This document shows, piece after piece, positions 13,639 to 26,294 of a stretch of DNA of 64,000 nucleotides. A program made the position numbers and the translations under genes. Where the stretch lies: the NCBI GenBank assembly GCA_963765895.1, contig CAVXZB010000059.1, positions 1 through 64,000 of the forward strand, in the 5' to 3' direction. The notes beneath the pieces are model-generated. The model ran no database searches, had not been told where the DNA came from, and worked only from the letters and a program-made list of their open reading frames with translations. Positions within the stretch are counted from its first letter, which is position 1. Every line of letters begins with the position of its first letter. Source of the DNA: an uncultured Nitrososphaeraceae archaeon (GTDB lineage Archaea > Thermoproteota > Nitrososphaeria > Nitrososphaerales > Nitrososphaeraceae).

Positions 13639-14900
13639 TTAATGTTTCCTATTTCTAGTCTCATTTATCACTTCAGCAACATAATCTTTGACTTCAATAT
13701 CTGTGAGGGAAATGGCGATACCGGTATCCCGTGGAATCATATCTGAAACAGCCTTCACCTTTCTTAGAACCCTTTCAGTTACTGTATGAGTCATTTCTGC
13801 GCTAGCAATGTTTACGATGAAATTAACCTCTGTTTCAACCGATTTCCGAATCGAAGCTCGAAGTTAGGAATCCTGAGATACAGATATAGCAGATGAGTAT
13901 ATCCCGAAAAATACCAAATATGAAGACAATCCCATAAATGACGCTGAGAGTAGCCCAAATGGAGGAAATGGGCCAGTTATTATTTCCTGAGGTCGGTACG
14001 AGATTAATAGTAATAGTAAACCGATTCCAGAAATAACCAGGTAGCCCTTTACCTTTGTATTCTGGATCTTACGTGCTACTAGCACGAAAGCTAGACCAAA
14101 GAGAAGTCCACCTATCGGAGTGCTAACTTCCAGCATCAAAACATAGACAATACTATAGAGCATTGGATTTCCAGAACTATAATCAAACAATACATTTGTT
14201 ACCACAGGTTGGAATTGACTTAGAAAGTAGAGTAGTGGAACAAGCATGATTATCCAAAACTTTATTGTCCCTGGCTGTGCATAATAAAGCTTCCGTATTG
14301 GCTTGGTTGAATAATATCAGAGACATAGCTGAGCTGATCAGATACATATATCATCCCAATAATTGCATTAATCGAAAGACTCAAGCTTGCTAATAAATAA
14401 GCAAATGTAATCCTGCTCTTATTCAACCTCAGCCATGTTATAAACTTGTACGACAATAGGCCCATAACTGCTACGGCAGTTACAGAGCTTATCATGAAGA
14501 CCAATTCCAGATGAACAAGATAATATGATAGCGCGAAGTTTATTTCAATCAGAATTATTAGTAGAATAATAATAATAATAGCCAATTGCGTCAGCACCAT
14601 TGCCTTATACATGATCCTTAGTATCGACTTTTCAAAAGGAACATTTCTTGTGTAAACAAAGTTCAAGATGATGAGTTGTGCAATGATACTAAATACGCTT
14701 AATGCAGAATATATCGGGATATCGGTAGCAGAATTGTGGGGATTTGAAAATCCTGACACACTCACAATAGACACTTCAAGAACTAGGCAAACAACAAGAG
14801 CTGATATTACTCCAAAAACAGTCCAATAGTTGGACATCATTTTCATAAATTCATTCTTCGAGTAGGATCGCCAGTCAGAGTCATTTCGAAAGTCTGGCAT
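13639..14900 (-). pseudogene. multi-pass membrane protein, disrupted
   Basis: Consecutive hydrophobic ORFs 14262-14900 and 13864-14247 (FPPFGLLSASF...SAISVSQDS); reading continues past an in-frame stop to 13639. Confidence 0.7.
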
Positions 14901-15032
14901 ACTAAGGTAGATTCCTGTGTTTTGAACGTTGCGTTCTCATTGCATCGGAGCCGAATCGTCGAAGAATAAAGAAAGAAAAAGAGGTTGTTTCCACCGAGGT
15001 GAATGATATGAAATAGAATAGACACCGGGGGC

Positions 15033-15332
15033 CTAAATCTTTCCAAATAGCCATATGCTGTCCGCGAAAATGCCGGCGAACATAATAGACACACCATAGA
15101 TTATTCTAACTATGTTGAATCTAACTCTGCGATAAGCAACCCTTACTATTGTGCCAGAAATTGCTATCTTGTTTGCTACGTATCCACTATGCCACCTATC
15201 TGGTGAATAATACCTATCAAATAAGATAGCAGTAATATCTACCCATAAATCTGACTCATCTTTTTTATCGGGATACAAATAATCTCCCGTCACGCAATAC
15301 TTACCCGAACGCAACAGGAGATGAGCGCCCAA
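15033..15332 (-). pseudogene. small membrane-protein fragment; diverged copy at about 17130-17270
   Basis: Hydrophobic C-terminus; nucleotide similarity of 15068-15205 to 17131-17268. Confidence 0.35.
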
Positions 15333-15400
15333 GATTGCAGCAGGACTGAATATAAAGTTATATAAGAAGAGGCCGGTAAGTTGAATGATAAGGGATAATA

Positions 15401-16003
15401 TTGCTTACACAAACAAAAAGCCATTATTCTTATCCAATTTTAGATAATGGAATTAGTTCATTTCGTCATTCTTATAGTAACAATGGTGATCGTCATCATC
15501 AGCAATATCTTTCCGGGTCTTCCTCTCTTACCGATCCTAATTACCTACAAAATCAGGGATCGCGTTTAGATGCCATTATAGATACGGAAACAAAAGAACA
15601 ACCACAACCAAAATCACCATTTATCAAAAGGATACTTCTTGTAGATGATGATCCCGACGTCACATTAACTTTCAAAGCGGGTTTAGACGGTCATTATTAC
15701 AATGACAAGAAAAGATTTGAAGTATATACATATAACGATCCTTTATTGGTATTGACACAATTCAAACCACATTATTATGATCTTCTTCTAACTGATATTT
15801 ATATGCCAAACATAAATGGCTTTCAGTTATGTGAGAAGATATTAGAATTAGATGTTAACATGAGAGTATGTTTTATGTCTGCATTAGAAGTAAATATTCG
15901 AGCACTAAAAGACGTATACCGTAATGTAGGTTTTGGATGTTTTATCGAAAAGCCAGTGTCGATAAAATATTTAATTGAAAGATTATCAGCAGAGTTAGAT
16001 TAG
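15401..16003 (+). CDS. response regulator receiver protein with N-terminal extension
   Basis: RILLVDDDPD...DLLLTDIYMPNINGF...FMSA...IEKP; true start uncertain. Confidence 0.88.
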   Translation: MLTQTKSHYSYPILDNGISSFRHSYSNNGDRHHQQYLSGSSSLTDPNYLQNQGSRLDAIIDTETKEQPQPKSPFIKRILLVDDDPDVTLTFKAGLDGHYYNDKKRFEVYTYNDPLLVLTQFKPHYYDLLLTDIYMPNINGFQLCEKILELDVNMRVCFMSALEVNIRALKDVYRNVGFGCFIEKPVSIKYLIERLSAELD

Positions 16004-16620
16004 AATAGTAGTAATTTGATTTCCAGAAAGGATTAATCAGTTTATATTCGAAGTGATGCTATATTACAGTCAGTTGCCAAATTAGCTCTACAAATATAAA
16101 AGCCTACATAACTAAATTCATTACAGAAATAGCTGCTATTGCAATAGAACTTGCAACAATGTCTTTTTGATTATTTAGAGAAGTCGAAGCAAAAATCCAT
16201 GACCTTGAATGGATCCTGAAATTGAAATCTAGCTCAAGACTGTAAGCCGGCGGGTAATCGGAAAAAAGACTGTTCGATGGAAGCTTGTGAACCAAGGTAT
16301 ATGATATATGTTGAACAGGGTATAACTTCTACAATCGGACGAGCATGGCAATCCACACGACTCACATCGCAAAAGTGACCACTGTCACGGAGCACAGTAA
16401 GTAAAGTAAGTTCTTCTTTTTTCCTTTTATTTGGTAGTCGTACATATTACAATCGGCATCTGTAGTTCTATTGCAAGTGGCAATATAGGAGTTCTACTTA
16501 GATGAGAAGGACAAGAAGCCTAACTCACCAAAGAACATTCTAAAATATTAAACTATTAACGTATTTTGCTATGATATTAGCATGTTATCAGCGATACATA
16601 TATACTAGAAATCAGACATC

Positions 16621-17037
16621 TTGCAATATCTGGCAGAAGAAACTAATCCTCCTGTAAGGACACCAAAATCAAGATATAGAATTCTGTTGGTAGATGACGA
16701 ACCCGACATCACACTTACTTTCGAACAGATGTTAGAAGGTGAGGGATTCAAAGTTGATTCGTTTAATGATCCTCATATAGCTTTATCTAATTTCACTCCA
16801 GGTACTTACGATATTGCCCTTATTGATACCTTGATGCCTAAGATGAATGGATTTGATTTGTATAAAAAATTAAAAAACATAGATGACAAGGTCAAATATT
16901 GCCTTATAACCGCATATGGAGTATCTTATGAAACATTGAAGAAAAATTATCTTGCATTAAATGTTGATTGGTTTATCAGAAAGCCAATAAATACTGAGGA
17001 GTTAGTAAAGGAGATCAAATCAAAGCTAAATCCATGA
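16621..17037 (+). CDS. response regulator receiver protein
   Basis: RILLVDDEPD...DIALIDTLMPKMNGF...ITA...IRKP. Confidence 0.9.
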   Translation: MQYLAEETNPPVRTPKSRYRILLVDDEPDITLTFEQMLEGEGFKVDSFNDPHIALSNFTPGTYDIALIDTLMPKMNGFDLYKKLKNIDDKVKYCLITAYGVSYETLKKNYLALNVDWFIRKPINTEELVKEIKSKLNP

Positions 17038-17649
17038 GCTTGCGAAACTTTATTCTTACAAATGTGGTATTTTCATGGAATATAACTAATTCTGAAGCTT
17101 AAATCTCCAGATATCTATATGATGTCAGCTAAATGCCGGACGAACATATAGAAATACACGTAGGTTATTCTAACTATCTTATATCTATCTCTGCTATAAG
17201 CAACCAGTTACTGTTATGCCAGAAAATTGCTATCTTGCTAGCTACCTCCACTTTGCCATCTATCTGCTACTTATTATCTAATTTACTTTCTAATTCCTTG
17301 AGGATTCGATAATGATTCAGGAGAATTGACATAAATATTGGTTGAATTCTTATTGGATTAGCGGCATACATACATGCAGAATTGTCGAGATGACACGACT
17401 ATGTCTAACAATGGATTCATCTGGCAAATGATTTAGTCTTTCATTCCTCTTTAGTAGTTATATTCGGTTATTATTCGCTATTCTGATTTATTCAGTTAAA
17501 CAGTAAGGATGGTAAAGACAGTACCGTTCGAATTATAAAGTACTTCATTTGATTTGGCTTGATTTCGACAATATAACCAGGTAGAAATTCTCTCTGTAGT
17601 ATCCTTCAGCCAAGTGAGTTTATATTATTTCAATCAGCTACTATAATAA

Positions 17650-18882
17650 ATGATCAACCGAGCAAAATCATTTAAGAGAAGAACTTTAGTGACTGTGGTT
17701 ATTGCATCGTTGGCCAGCTCCTTCGATAACCAAAGATCCAAAGCTGAAAGTTGAGACTCTAGCTAAGGGTCTTTCCTCCCTACTAGCATGGCATTTATTG
17801 ATACTAGCAACATACTGGTCTTAGAGAAAGGTGGGCAAGTACGTCTCGTGTCAAATGGAGTACTAGAGGATAAGCCAGTCTTGCAAGTATCTGTTGATAC
17901 AGAAAGTGAACGTGGTCTGCTTGGAATTGCTATTATGAATAGTACAAAGACTAATGCTGCTAATAACAGCAAGTTTGTATATCTGTACTATACTGAATCG
18001 AAAGGTGGAGATCTTAGAAATAGAATTTACAGATATGAATGGAATGGACAAAACCAAAATCTTGTCAACCCTACCCTGATATTAGACCTTCCAGCTCTTC
18101 CAGGTCCTAATCATGATGGAGGGAAACTAGTTATTGGTCCAGACCATTACCTTTATGCAGTAATAGGAGACCTTAACCATAGAGGTAAGCTTCAGAATAT
18201 TAACGATGGACCTGATCCTGATGATACTTCAGTTATACTCAGAATTAATCTTAACGATGGTTCAGCTGTCAAGGACAATCCATTCATAAATGACGCTAAT
18301 ATTGCAATACACAAATACTATGCCTATGGAATACGAAATAGCTTTGGAATTACGTTTGATCCCATAACTGGTAATTTGTGCAGACAGAAAATGGGCCTGA
18401 TGTATATGATGAAATTAATGTAGTAAAACCAGCCTTCAATAGTGGGTGGACCCAAGTTATGGGACCTCTTTCAAGAAATACAGGTTTTAAGGTGGGGCCA
18501 ATTGGTTAATTTTCCACGCTCTCATTATGCGGATCCTGTATTTAGCTGGAAAAATCCTGTTGCAGTTACAGATATAGAATTTATGAAATCATCAGTGCTG
18601 GGAGAGAAATACAAAAATAATATTTTTGTTGGTGATTATAATAATGGTAATTTATATTATTTTGTAGTCAACAGTACTAGAACAGGAATAAATCTTGATA
18701 TCAACCAAAAGAAGATTGGATTGTCTGGTTTGGTAGTAAACAATGATAACCAACAATCTGCAGTAACATTTGGTACTGGTTTTGGTAGAATTAGTGATAT
18801 AAAGATCGGACCAACAGATGGCTTTCTATATGTTTTATCAATCAATGATGGAATAATATACAAAGTTGTACCAAGTCTGTAA
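17650..18882 (+). pseudogene. PQQ-dependent sugar (glucose/sorbosone) dehydrogenase, frameshifted
   Basis: ERGLLGIA, PGPNHDGG, YAYGIRNSFG, GFGRISDI; split over ORFs 17788-18423 and 18442-18882; 5' end degraded. Confidence 0.85.
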
Positions 18883-19009
18883 TAAGCTGCAAGGTGAGTT
18901 GATACTTTTTCCAATAGTATTAGCAGTAGTTAACTAGCGCAGAGCAGCATTCAGATATACCCGGCAAGATACGCGAAACCTATAACTGACATATCTAGCA
19001 TAGAATGTC

Positions 19010-19364
19010 ATGTCTAAAGCCGATCTTCACCATAGACTGGGTAGAGCAAATGAGATAACATTCAACGTCAAAGGTAGAAAATCCGGCAGAGATATCCCGA
19101 GGCCAGTCTGGTTCGTGCATGAGGATAACACTCTGTATTTGCTTCCAGTTCAGGGCTCTGAAACCAACCGGTATAAGAACATACTAGTCGATCCAACATT
19201 GAAGATTTCGCTAAATGGCGTAGAGACACCTGCAAGAGGTAAACCAATAACAAATAGTAGGTACTGTTAACGATATTGTGAGGAAATTCAAATCCAAATA
19301 TGGCGAAGGGGAGGTAAAAAAGTATTATACGAAGTTTGATGTAGCAGCTGAAGTCATCCTCTGA
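19010..19364 (+). pseudogene. deazaflavin (F420)-dependent nitroreductase/quinone reductase-like protein, frameshifted
   Basis: GRKSGRDIPRPVWFV...TNRYKNI; tail ...FKSKYGEGEVKKYYTKFDVAAEVIL* in another frame. Confidence 0.7.
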
Positions 19365-19614
19365 CAGATCTTCCCAGGAACTTACGTAGGCAAGGAATTA
19401 ATTAATTTATTCAGTCATGCAAAATATACAGAAAGATGAATGAGACTGGTTTTTAACATTCACTAGCATCTTTAAAACTATAAAACTTCAATGCTATTCT
19501 AAAAGAGGGGTAAATGCAATAATAATAATAATAATAATGATCAAGAATGGATTTATCATAGAGAAGAATAGAAAATAGGAGAATCAGGATATAGGCTCCA
19601 GTGTTTGATCAAAA

Positions 19615-20125
19615 GTGCCCGACAGGACAGTTACTAGATCCTTCAGGATCAATGAAAGCGCTTTCCTAGCTCTTGAGGAAGAGGCTAAGAAACGCAACAT
19701 TAGCCTCAACACTCTTGTGAACCAACTCTTTATGTCCTACGCAAACTTTGATCGGTACTTCCAAAGGCTTGGCATGCTGAAAATATCCAAAGTAACATTC
19801 AGGAAGATTTTGAAAGCTGCCCCGGCTAACGAAATCGTTAAGCTGGCAAGAGATGTAGCTCAAAATAGCTCGAGGATAATTATTCCTGCAAGATACGGGA
19901 CACTGTCACTCACAAGCGCTTTAGAGTATCTCAACAATCTTGCAGATTACGCCTATTTTGTCGAGCGTAGTGAAGTTGTTTCACCCGGAGGAAAACGAGT
20001 AATTACGTTAATCCACAGTTACTGGAAAAGGGGGGTTAATCTTTGTCAAAGCTTACACGAAAGCTCCCTTTGAACAGATTAATAGGAAACCGAAATTAAA
20101 TTCGACAGAATAAGGCATCATCTAA
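19615..20125 (+). pseudogene. ribbon-helix-helix N-terminal domain protein, 3' end disrupted
   Basis: TVTRSFRINE...LEEEAKKRNISLNTLVNQL RHH pattern; frameshift near 20030 and a stop near 20112. Confidence 0.65.
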
Positions 20126-20364
20126 AGGTAGCTGTTCAAACTGCACCCGCTATCAAAGACAAATCGCCGGACTAAAAAGGGCCCTCATAAAAGCTGACGA
20201 CAAGAACGTGCGCCACACTATGCAATATGAGGCCACGATAAACCGGTCAAAGGCTGAACACCATTCACAAAAGTCAAAAAGGGCTGGTGTTGGAACAGGT
20301 TGGGCAACCCGAGGCCAACACCGCCCGAAGCATATCAACTTCCATGAACTGGTGAAGAACAAGG

Positions 20365-20906
20365 ATGATGATCGCTAGAGGTACATTATCAGAAGATGAA
20401 AATAAACGTTTTCAAGACAAGGAAACTAATTCTAGCCTTAGTAACAAATCAATTACAAATCAATTACTTAGATTACCAGAAGAAGAATTCTGTAGGCTAG
20501 TTGCAATCCGTCTGAATACGCCACTATCAAAAGCCGATCAAAAAGAGTTTGGAGAGGAACCTAGAGAATATTGGTCATTGAACTATCTAGTAGAGGAGAT
20601 CTTCCTTAAAATTGCCCAATTGAGGATTTTAGTTACTCATAACGGTAAGCAAGTTAGCATTTACAAATACTATAATCAGGCTCTACGCCTAAAAAGTGGA
20701 TTCCCATAGCAAAGGCACCAGTTGAATTTGTCATCAACGCATCAGATCTAACTTTAAGGATTTTGGTAGAACTCAAAGCATTAGGTCATGAAGAATCACA
20801 ACAAGTGCTAAAATTAGCGGTCATAAAAATTTTCGAAAATATTGTTGGTCCCAGATATGCTCATGGTAGTATTATTCGAAATCTAAGTGCGAGGTTGGAT
20901 AAATAA
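20365..20906 (+). pseudogene. hypothetical protein upstream of MCM, frameshifted near 20705
   Basis: ORF 20365-20709 continues as KAPVEFVINASDLTLRIL...LSARLDK* ending at 20906, immediately before the ATG at 20908. Confidence 0.5.
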
Positions 20907-20907
20907 C

Positions 20908-23123
20908 ATGGCCTCAACAGCCAGTCACATTGTACTCTGTCTCTGAAGCAAAGAAGATTAAGTCTGGGCAGATAACGGTTACTGGAATCATAAGCTCACT
21001 TTCTACTCAATACTGGGTAATATCTAATTCAAAGTGGGAATGCCCTAATTGTAACCAAGTCGGTAGCCAGAATTATATACCACCTCGTATGCTCCCACCA
21101 AGACGCCTGGACAATATATCAAGTACCGAATTAAAGTGCTTTGAATGTCACAGCACCGCATTTACTGTTAGCCATGAATACCATACAGCCAAGACTATTC
21201 AAGTCATTGATGCTGATAATAACCATAATGAAAACTATGATTCACTTGAGGTAGTGTTATATGATGAATCATGGAGTCATGCATTTGCCGGCGAAATTGT
21301 AGATATAACAGGTGATCTACATGTCCAGCCAAAGACACAAAGCGTAATCAATAGCAATGGCAAGAAACTTGTCAGTATTTTACATAGTAGTAGACTTAAC
21401 TCAAAACATAGAGAAAAGATCATAATCACCCATAAAGATATTGAAATCTTTAAGAGACACAAGGCAATATGTGAAAAGGCTTACCAAAGTGAACTTGAAA
21501 CCATAGAGCGTTATCCAGAGATAGCAAAAAAGATCAAACCAATGCGATATATCGATAGAGTTGTTGCAATGGTTGCACCTAATGTAATAGGACATAACGA
21601 CAAAAAATTGGGACTACTAAGATCTATAGTTGGAGCAAGATCAGATCACGGAAATGATAATGGAAGAAGGGGAAGAATAAATACACTGCTCGTAGGCGAA
21701 CCAGGGACAGCAAAGAGTACATTAGCAAAAGAGGCTACTCGTTTATTACCTAATTCCAGATATGTAACAGCTCAACATGCTAGTGGCAAAAGCCTCATTG
21801 CTATTGTCGATAAAGAAAATGATAGTCTAGTATGTAGGTATGGAGTAGTTGTACTTGCTAAGGGCGCCGTTTGTGCAATAAATGAGATAGGCGCTATGAA
21901 TCCTACAGATCAACAATTTTTGCTAGATATTGCTGAGGAAGGAAGATGTACCGTAGATAAATACGGCACCCATTTCGAGATCGACGCACCCACAACCATC
22001 ATAGCGACAGCAAATCCACTTAATCAAACTTGGAGCAAGGGCTATAACATATCAAAAGACGAGATACCAATACTCAAACCTCTTCTTGATAGATGTGATC
22101 AAGTTTATGGATTCATGGATTTTCAATCTGAAAATGAAATCAATGAATTCACAGTACCAGAAAACTAGGGTTAGAAACCGTCCATCACATAACTATAATT
22201 TCCTAAGGAAATTACTTGTTTATACTAAAACCCTCGAGCCTGTAGTGACAGACGATGTAGGAGCTAGACTAAACAATTTTTGGGAGAAGGGTAAAATTCA
22301 GGGAGCAGTTACCACTAGGGCATACGATTCAATATTTAGGATCGCAGAAGCGCAAGCAAGACTTAACCTCAGTAACATAGTCACAGACGATATCGCAACT
22401 CAGACAATGAATTGGATCGGCCTAATGATATCACAATACGGTAAAGTTGTAGTAACAATCCGAAGCCCGCGCGATGCCGCTTATAATGCATTCGTGGACA
22501 TCTTAAAACATACTAGTATTGGCATAACTATCACAGAGCTTTGTGCTAGGGTATGCAAGGAAAATAGACATATAGCTGAATACTTGGGCGAGAAGTGGAA
22601 TATTGAACATAATCATAAGCTAAGAGCTGTAACTGACATGCTCCTAAACCACGGAAAAATAAAATTAGTAAATGCCAAGCCAATGGTACTACAATACATC
22701 GATAAGGAAATATCATCTGACAAATCTGACGTATCTGACACAACTATCAAGGCCAGTCAAAATAATGTGGCACTGTCCACAACTGACGCATCTGACGTAT
22801 CTGACACGATATCGGTTAACATGAAAAAGTTGCCCGCATTCATGACTGAACAAAATAATCTGCAACCTGACATATCTAATCTATCTGACACTGCCCAGAC
22901 TAACACCAATAAATCGGCCAATGTTATGACTGAACAAAATAATCAGCTATCTGACATATCTGACATATCTGACACATTCGGAGACCAGCAGATTATCAAG
23001 GAACAAGAATCGTGTAATATCTATAGACTCGGACACTCAGATACTTGGGCTTGCGAAAATTGCAGACAAAAAGGAGATGTACATCACATGAGAGGACATC
23101 TGTGTAGTGGAGATGCAAAATAA
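20908..23123 (+). pseudogene. mcm: MCM-family replicative helicase of mobile-element type, frameshifted
   Basis: Zn ribbon CPNC...CFEC; APNVIGH; Walker A GEPGTAKS; Walker B variant AINE; ATANP; Arg finger LLDRCD; R...IAEAQARL; shifts near 20930 and 22155; C-terminal SDxSDxSD repeats and a CxxC...H...C finger. Confidence 0.85.
22715..22975 (+). repeat. four triplets of 9-bp-period ATCTGAC units in the MCM 3' end
   Basis: Triplets start at 22715, 22781, 22865 and 22949; each ends TCTGACAC. Confidence 0.92.
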
Positions 23124-23348
23124 CCAGTCATGATTCTATCTCCATTTATGAAAAGATTGTTAAATATGGTCCTGTTACCTTACAGTCTATTTAAGTAATT
23201 TAAAAAAGTATTAATCGTCATCGTACAAAGTATGAAATACGGCTTGCTAGCTTCATGATTATGTACAGTTTTGTATCATTGTTTTCTATTTGTATTCGCT
23301 CACTAGATTCAATATTCTACAATTGGTTTAAATACTTCAATCGATTAC

Positions 23349-24194
23349 ATGATGGTTCTGATTCCGCAGGAATATCTAGATCACGCTTGGATTATAATAT
23401 CGAATCCGATCATAACTGGCATAATTGGAGTCGCTATAGATCATTTTTTATTGAAACCATTTTAGAGAAAAATAGAAATAGGAAAAAAGCATTATTACAA
23501 CACTATAAGACATTAAGAGAAGATGTTCTTGATCACTGGCTTCAATATGAAGCGGAACTGTATTCACAACTAAATACGTTTCCTAAAACAACCATACCTC
23601 TATATACACAAATTTCGGAGAAACTAAGGTCGAAATACTTCAATCGGCTCCGATCACATCTGAAGATATCTTATAAAGAAATCGATGATATAATAACTGA
23701 TATCGAAGAAAGTGAATCAAAGCACAATCAGGAAGTTGCCGATTTTATTAACGGGTTGAAACAAAGAATTAGAAATACAGTTTACATAGAAAATGACTGT
23801 AGGTTAGAAGGCATATCTGAGCATCAATTCGCAACCGATGTTACACCACGCTTCGTTTTAGACCATATCATTCATTACTATATCGAGAAATTCAGCAGAC
23901 CTGATTACCAATTAGCGGTACGAAAATTGAACTCACATTATCAACTGTACAGGGCTTCTGACATGAAAGAAATTGGTAGAGGAGATCAACAAAGCATGGA
24001 ATGCCTAAAGAAAAAACTGGACGTCCAAGAACGTGATATAATAAAAGTACTAAAACGAACTTAGTGATGAAGGAAACAGACTAATTAAACGCTTTCTAGA
24101 GCTCAAATCAAAGGCGACTGACTTAGTCGTACAGATAGATGACGGTTATCTTTATGGTAAATGTGACTTCGAATCAAGACTACGATTCTTCTGA
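23349..24194 (+). pseudogene. hypothetical protein with N-terminal TM anchor, frameshifted
   Basis: MMVLIPQEYLDHAWIIISNPIITGIIGVAIDHF joins the 23255-24064 frame near 23460; a tail ...YGKCDFESRLRFF* ends at 24194. Confidence 0.55.
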
Positions 24195-24338
24195 TCCATT
24201 TTTTTAGTGTTTTGAATCATAGTTACCCATATTTTTTTCATCAACCTTGATTCCACACTTCTCAGTAGGGGTTTTCCTATTTAACCCCATATGCATGGCG
24301 GTCATAATAATTTGTGAGATTGTATAATTATATCTGAT

Positions 24339-24539
24339 GTCAGATAGGTCAGATAGCTCAGATAGAGGTGGAGAGCTGCATAAGATTAAGGACTGTCGGC
24401 CATACTAATGTCAGATGGGTCAGATACGTCAGATAGTTACAGTTCTAGGTGAATAGAGATTATCCGCTGCTAGGGGGTCAGAAACGTCATATATGTCAGA
24501 TGGGTCAGATACGTCAGATGGGTCAGATACGTCAGATAG
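24339..24539 (-). repeat. GTCAGAT 9-bp-period array (3+3+7 units), inverted relative to the MCM cluster
   Basis: Units at 24339/48/57, 24410/19/28 and 24477-24531. Confidence 0.92.
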
Positions 24540-24690
24540 TGGAGCATGCGCCCTCCTACTCATTTTTCATCAATACTGAGCTTAGAGTTGTCATTCGATC
24601 TAATGATGAAATATAAGCGAGCGATTTTAATAACACATAGAATCACGGTACTATAAAATAAGAAGAGCAATTTTATTAAAGGAATATTAA

Positions 24691-26091
24691 ATGACAGAGG
24701 AAAATTCTTCAAAGCGATCTAAGGACCACAATACTCCTGAAAAACAGAGGGCATTAGTACTCCAAGGAGGGGGAGCATTGGGTGCGTATGAAGTAGGTGT
24801 ATTGAAAGTGCTGTGTAAAAAGCTTCTTGAAAGTGGTGGAAACGACACGGAAAATGGGCCGTTATTTGATATTATTGCAGGCAGTTCCATGGGTGCAATG
24901 AACGCCGCAGTGCTTGTAAGCAATGTAGTCAACAGACATAAGAGCTGGAAAGAAGCAGTAGGAGTGCTTGAAGATTTTTGGATGGATGAAAAAAATGGTC
25001 TCTCGTCCACTCCAGATATTAACAAATGGTTGGATGACGCAAAAAAACAAAAAAACTTTAATGCTTCATCAGAGGCTGCAAGAAGATATTACTCAGTAAA
25101 ATATTACTTAGCTAAGGGAACACCAAATGTGTGTTTTAAAGATCCAGAACCAGAACGTGATGTGAAATTTGGCGATAGGGATAATAATAACAATCCGGTA
25201 CAATGGACTTGGTATATTAGCGATCCATTACAACATACTATAGAGCGATATTCAAAAGATGAAAATACTGAAAAATTGAAAATAGCTACCAGCTGGGAAC
25301 ATAGACAGCCTAGGTTACTTGTCATTAGCGTTGATGTATCTGACGGGAAGACAATAACATTTGATAGTTATCACACAAAAGATGATCTTGAAAAAGGAGT
25401 GTATGAAGGTGATGGTATTACTATAGATCATATTATGGCTAGCGGTACGATACCGCTCTTCTATAAGTTCCGGGTAATAGATGGAAGAAGTTTCTATGAT
25501 GGAGGTTTTTTAAATAATACACCATTTAGAGAACTCTTGCAGGCACATAGGGATTATTGGACTAAAGTAGCAGATAATGTCAAAGCTAAAATTCCCGATC
25601 TGGATGTGTATATAGTAAACGTGCATCCTTCTAAAAGAAATATTATTCCTAACGACCATGATGGGGTTAATGATAGATTTAATGATATAACATATTCAGA
25701 CAGGAATTCTGGCTATGATGAAATGGTAACAGATATTGTAACAGACTACAATGATTTGGAAGAAACATTGCTTGGCGCCATACAATTAATACATAAACTT
25801 ACTAATACAAATGAGGGTATGGTATTTCAAAATGGGTTTGAGCAGTTTCTAACGATTGCTGAAGAAAAAAGTAAAACACGAGAAGTTAGGCGGGAAAAAT
25901 ACAAAGATCTAATAAAAGGCAAATTCACATTAAAACAGGTAATAAGAATAGAACGTGCATCTGACGTAGATGCTATTACCGGTAAGGAAGCGGATTATTC
26001 CAGCAAAGCTACAGACTTTACTCATGATTCCATAAAGATGCTAATTGAACAAGGAGAAAAAGATGCATTGAAGATACTCGAAGGATGTTAA
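24691..26091 (+). CDS. patatin-like phospholipase
   Basis: ALVLQGGGALGAYE, GSSMG (nucleophile Ser), MASGTIP, DGG; intact 466 aa. Confidence 0.92.
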   Translation: MTEENSSKRSKDHNTPEKQRALVLQGGGALGAYEVGVLKVLCKKLLESGGNDTENGPLFDIIAGSSMGAMNAAVLVSNVVNRHKSWKEAVGVLEDFWMDEKNGLSSTPDINKWLDDAKKQKNFNASSEAARRYYSVKYYLAKGTPNVCFKDPEPERDVKFGDRDNNNNPVQWTWYISDPLQHTIERYSKDENTEKLKIATSWEHRQPRLLVISVDVSDGKTITFDSYHTKDDLEKGVYEGDGITIDHIMASGTIPLFYKFRVIDGRSFYDGGFLNNTPFRELLQAHRDYWTKVADNVKAKIPDLDVYIVNVHPSKRNIIPNDHDGVNDRFNDITYSDRNSGYDEMVTDIVTDYNDLEETLLGAIQLIHKLTNTNEGMVFQNGFEQFLTIAEEKSKTREVRREKYKDLIKGKFTLKQVIRIERASDVDAITGKEADYSSKATDFTHDSIKMLIEQGEKDALKILEGC

Positions 26092-26294
26092 TATTATAAT
26101 CAAGACAAAGGTATCTTTTCTAATACGTTAAACCAGCTCCAACACATCCTGTATAACATGAGTCCGAAAATAAGAGTCAGAGTCAAATATTCAAGCTCTG
26201 GCTCGATTCATATCTCAAAAGACTTGTTTCATATCGGAACCTGACTATAATTTCTCTCATAGCCAATCAAAATGAATCCTATTCAGGATATGAT

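Noticed and set aside
22140-22170. Programmed frameshift in MCM (and in the integrase near 41680)
   Set aside because: No clear slippery heptamer or stimulatory structure, and frameshifts are common throughout the window, so decay or error is more likely.
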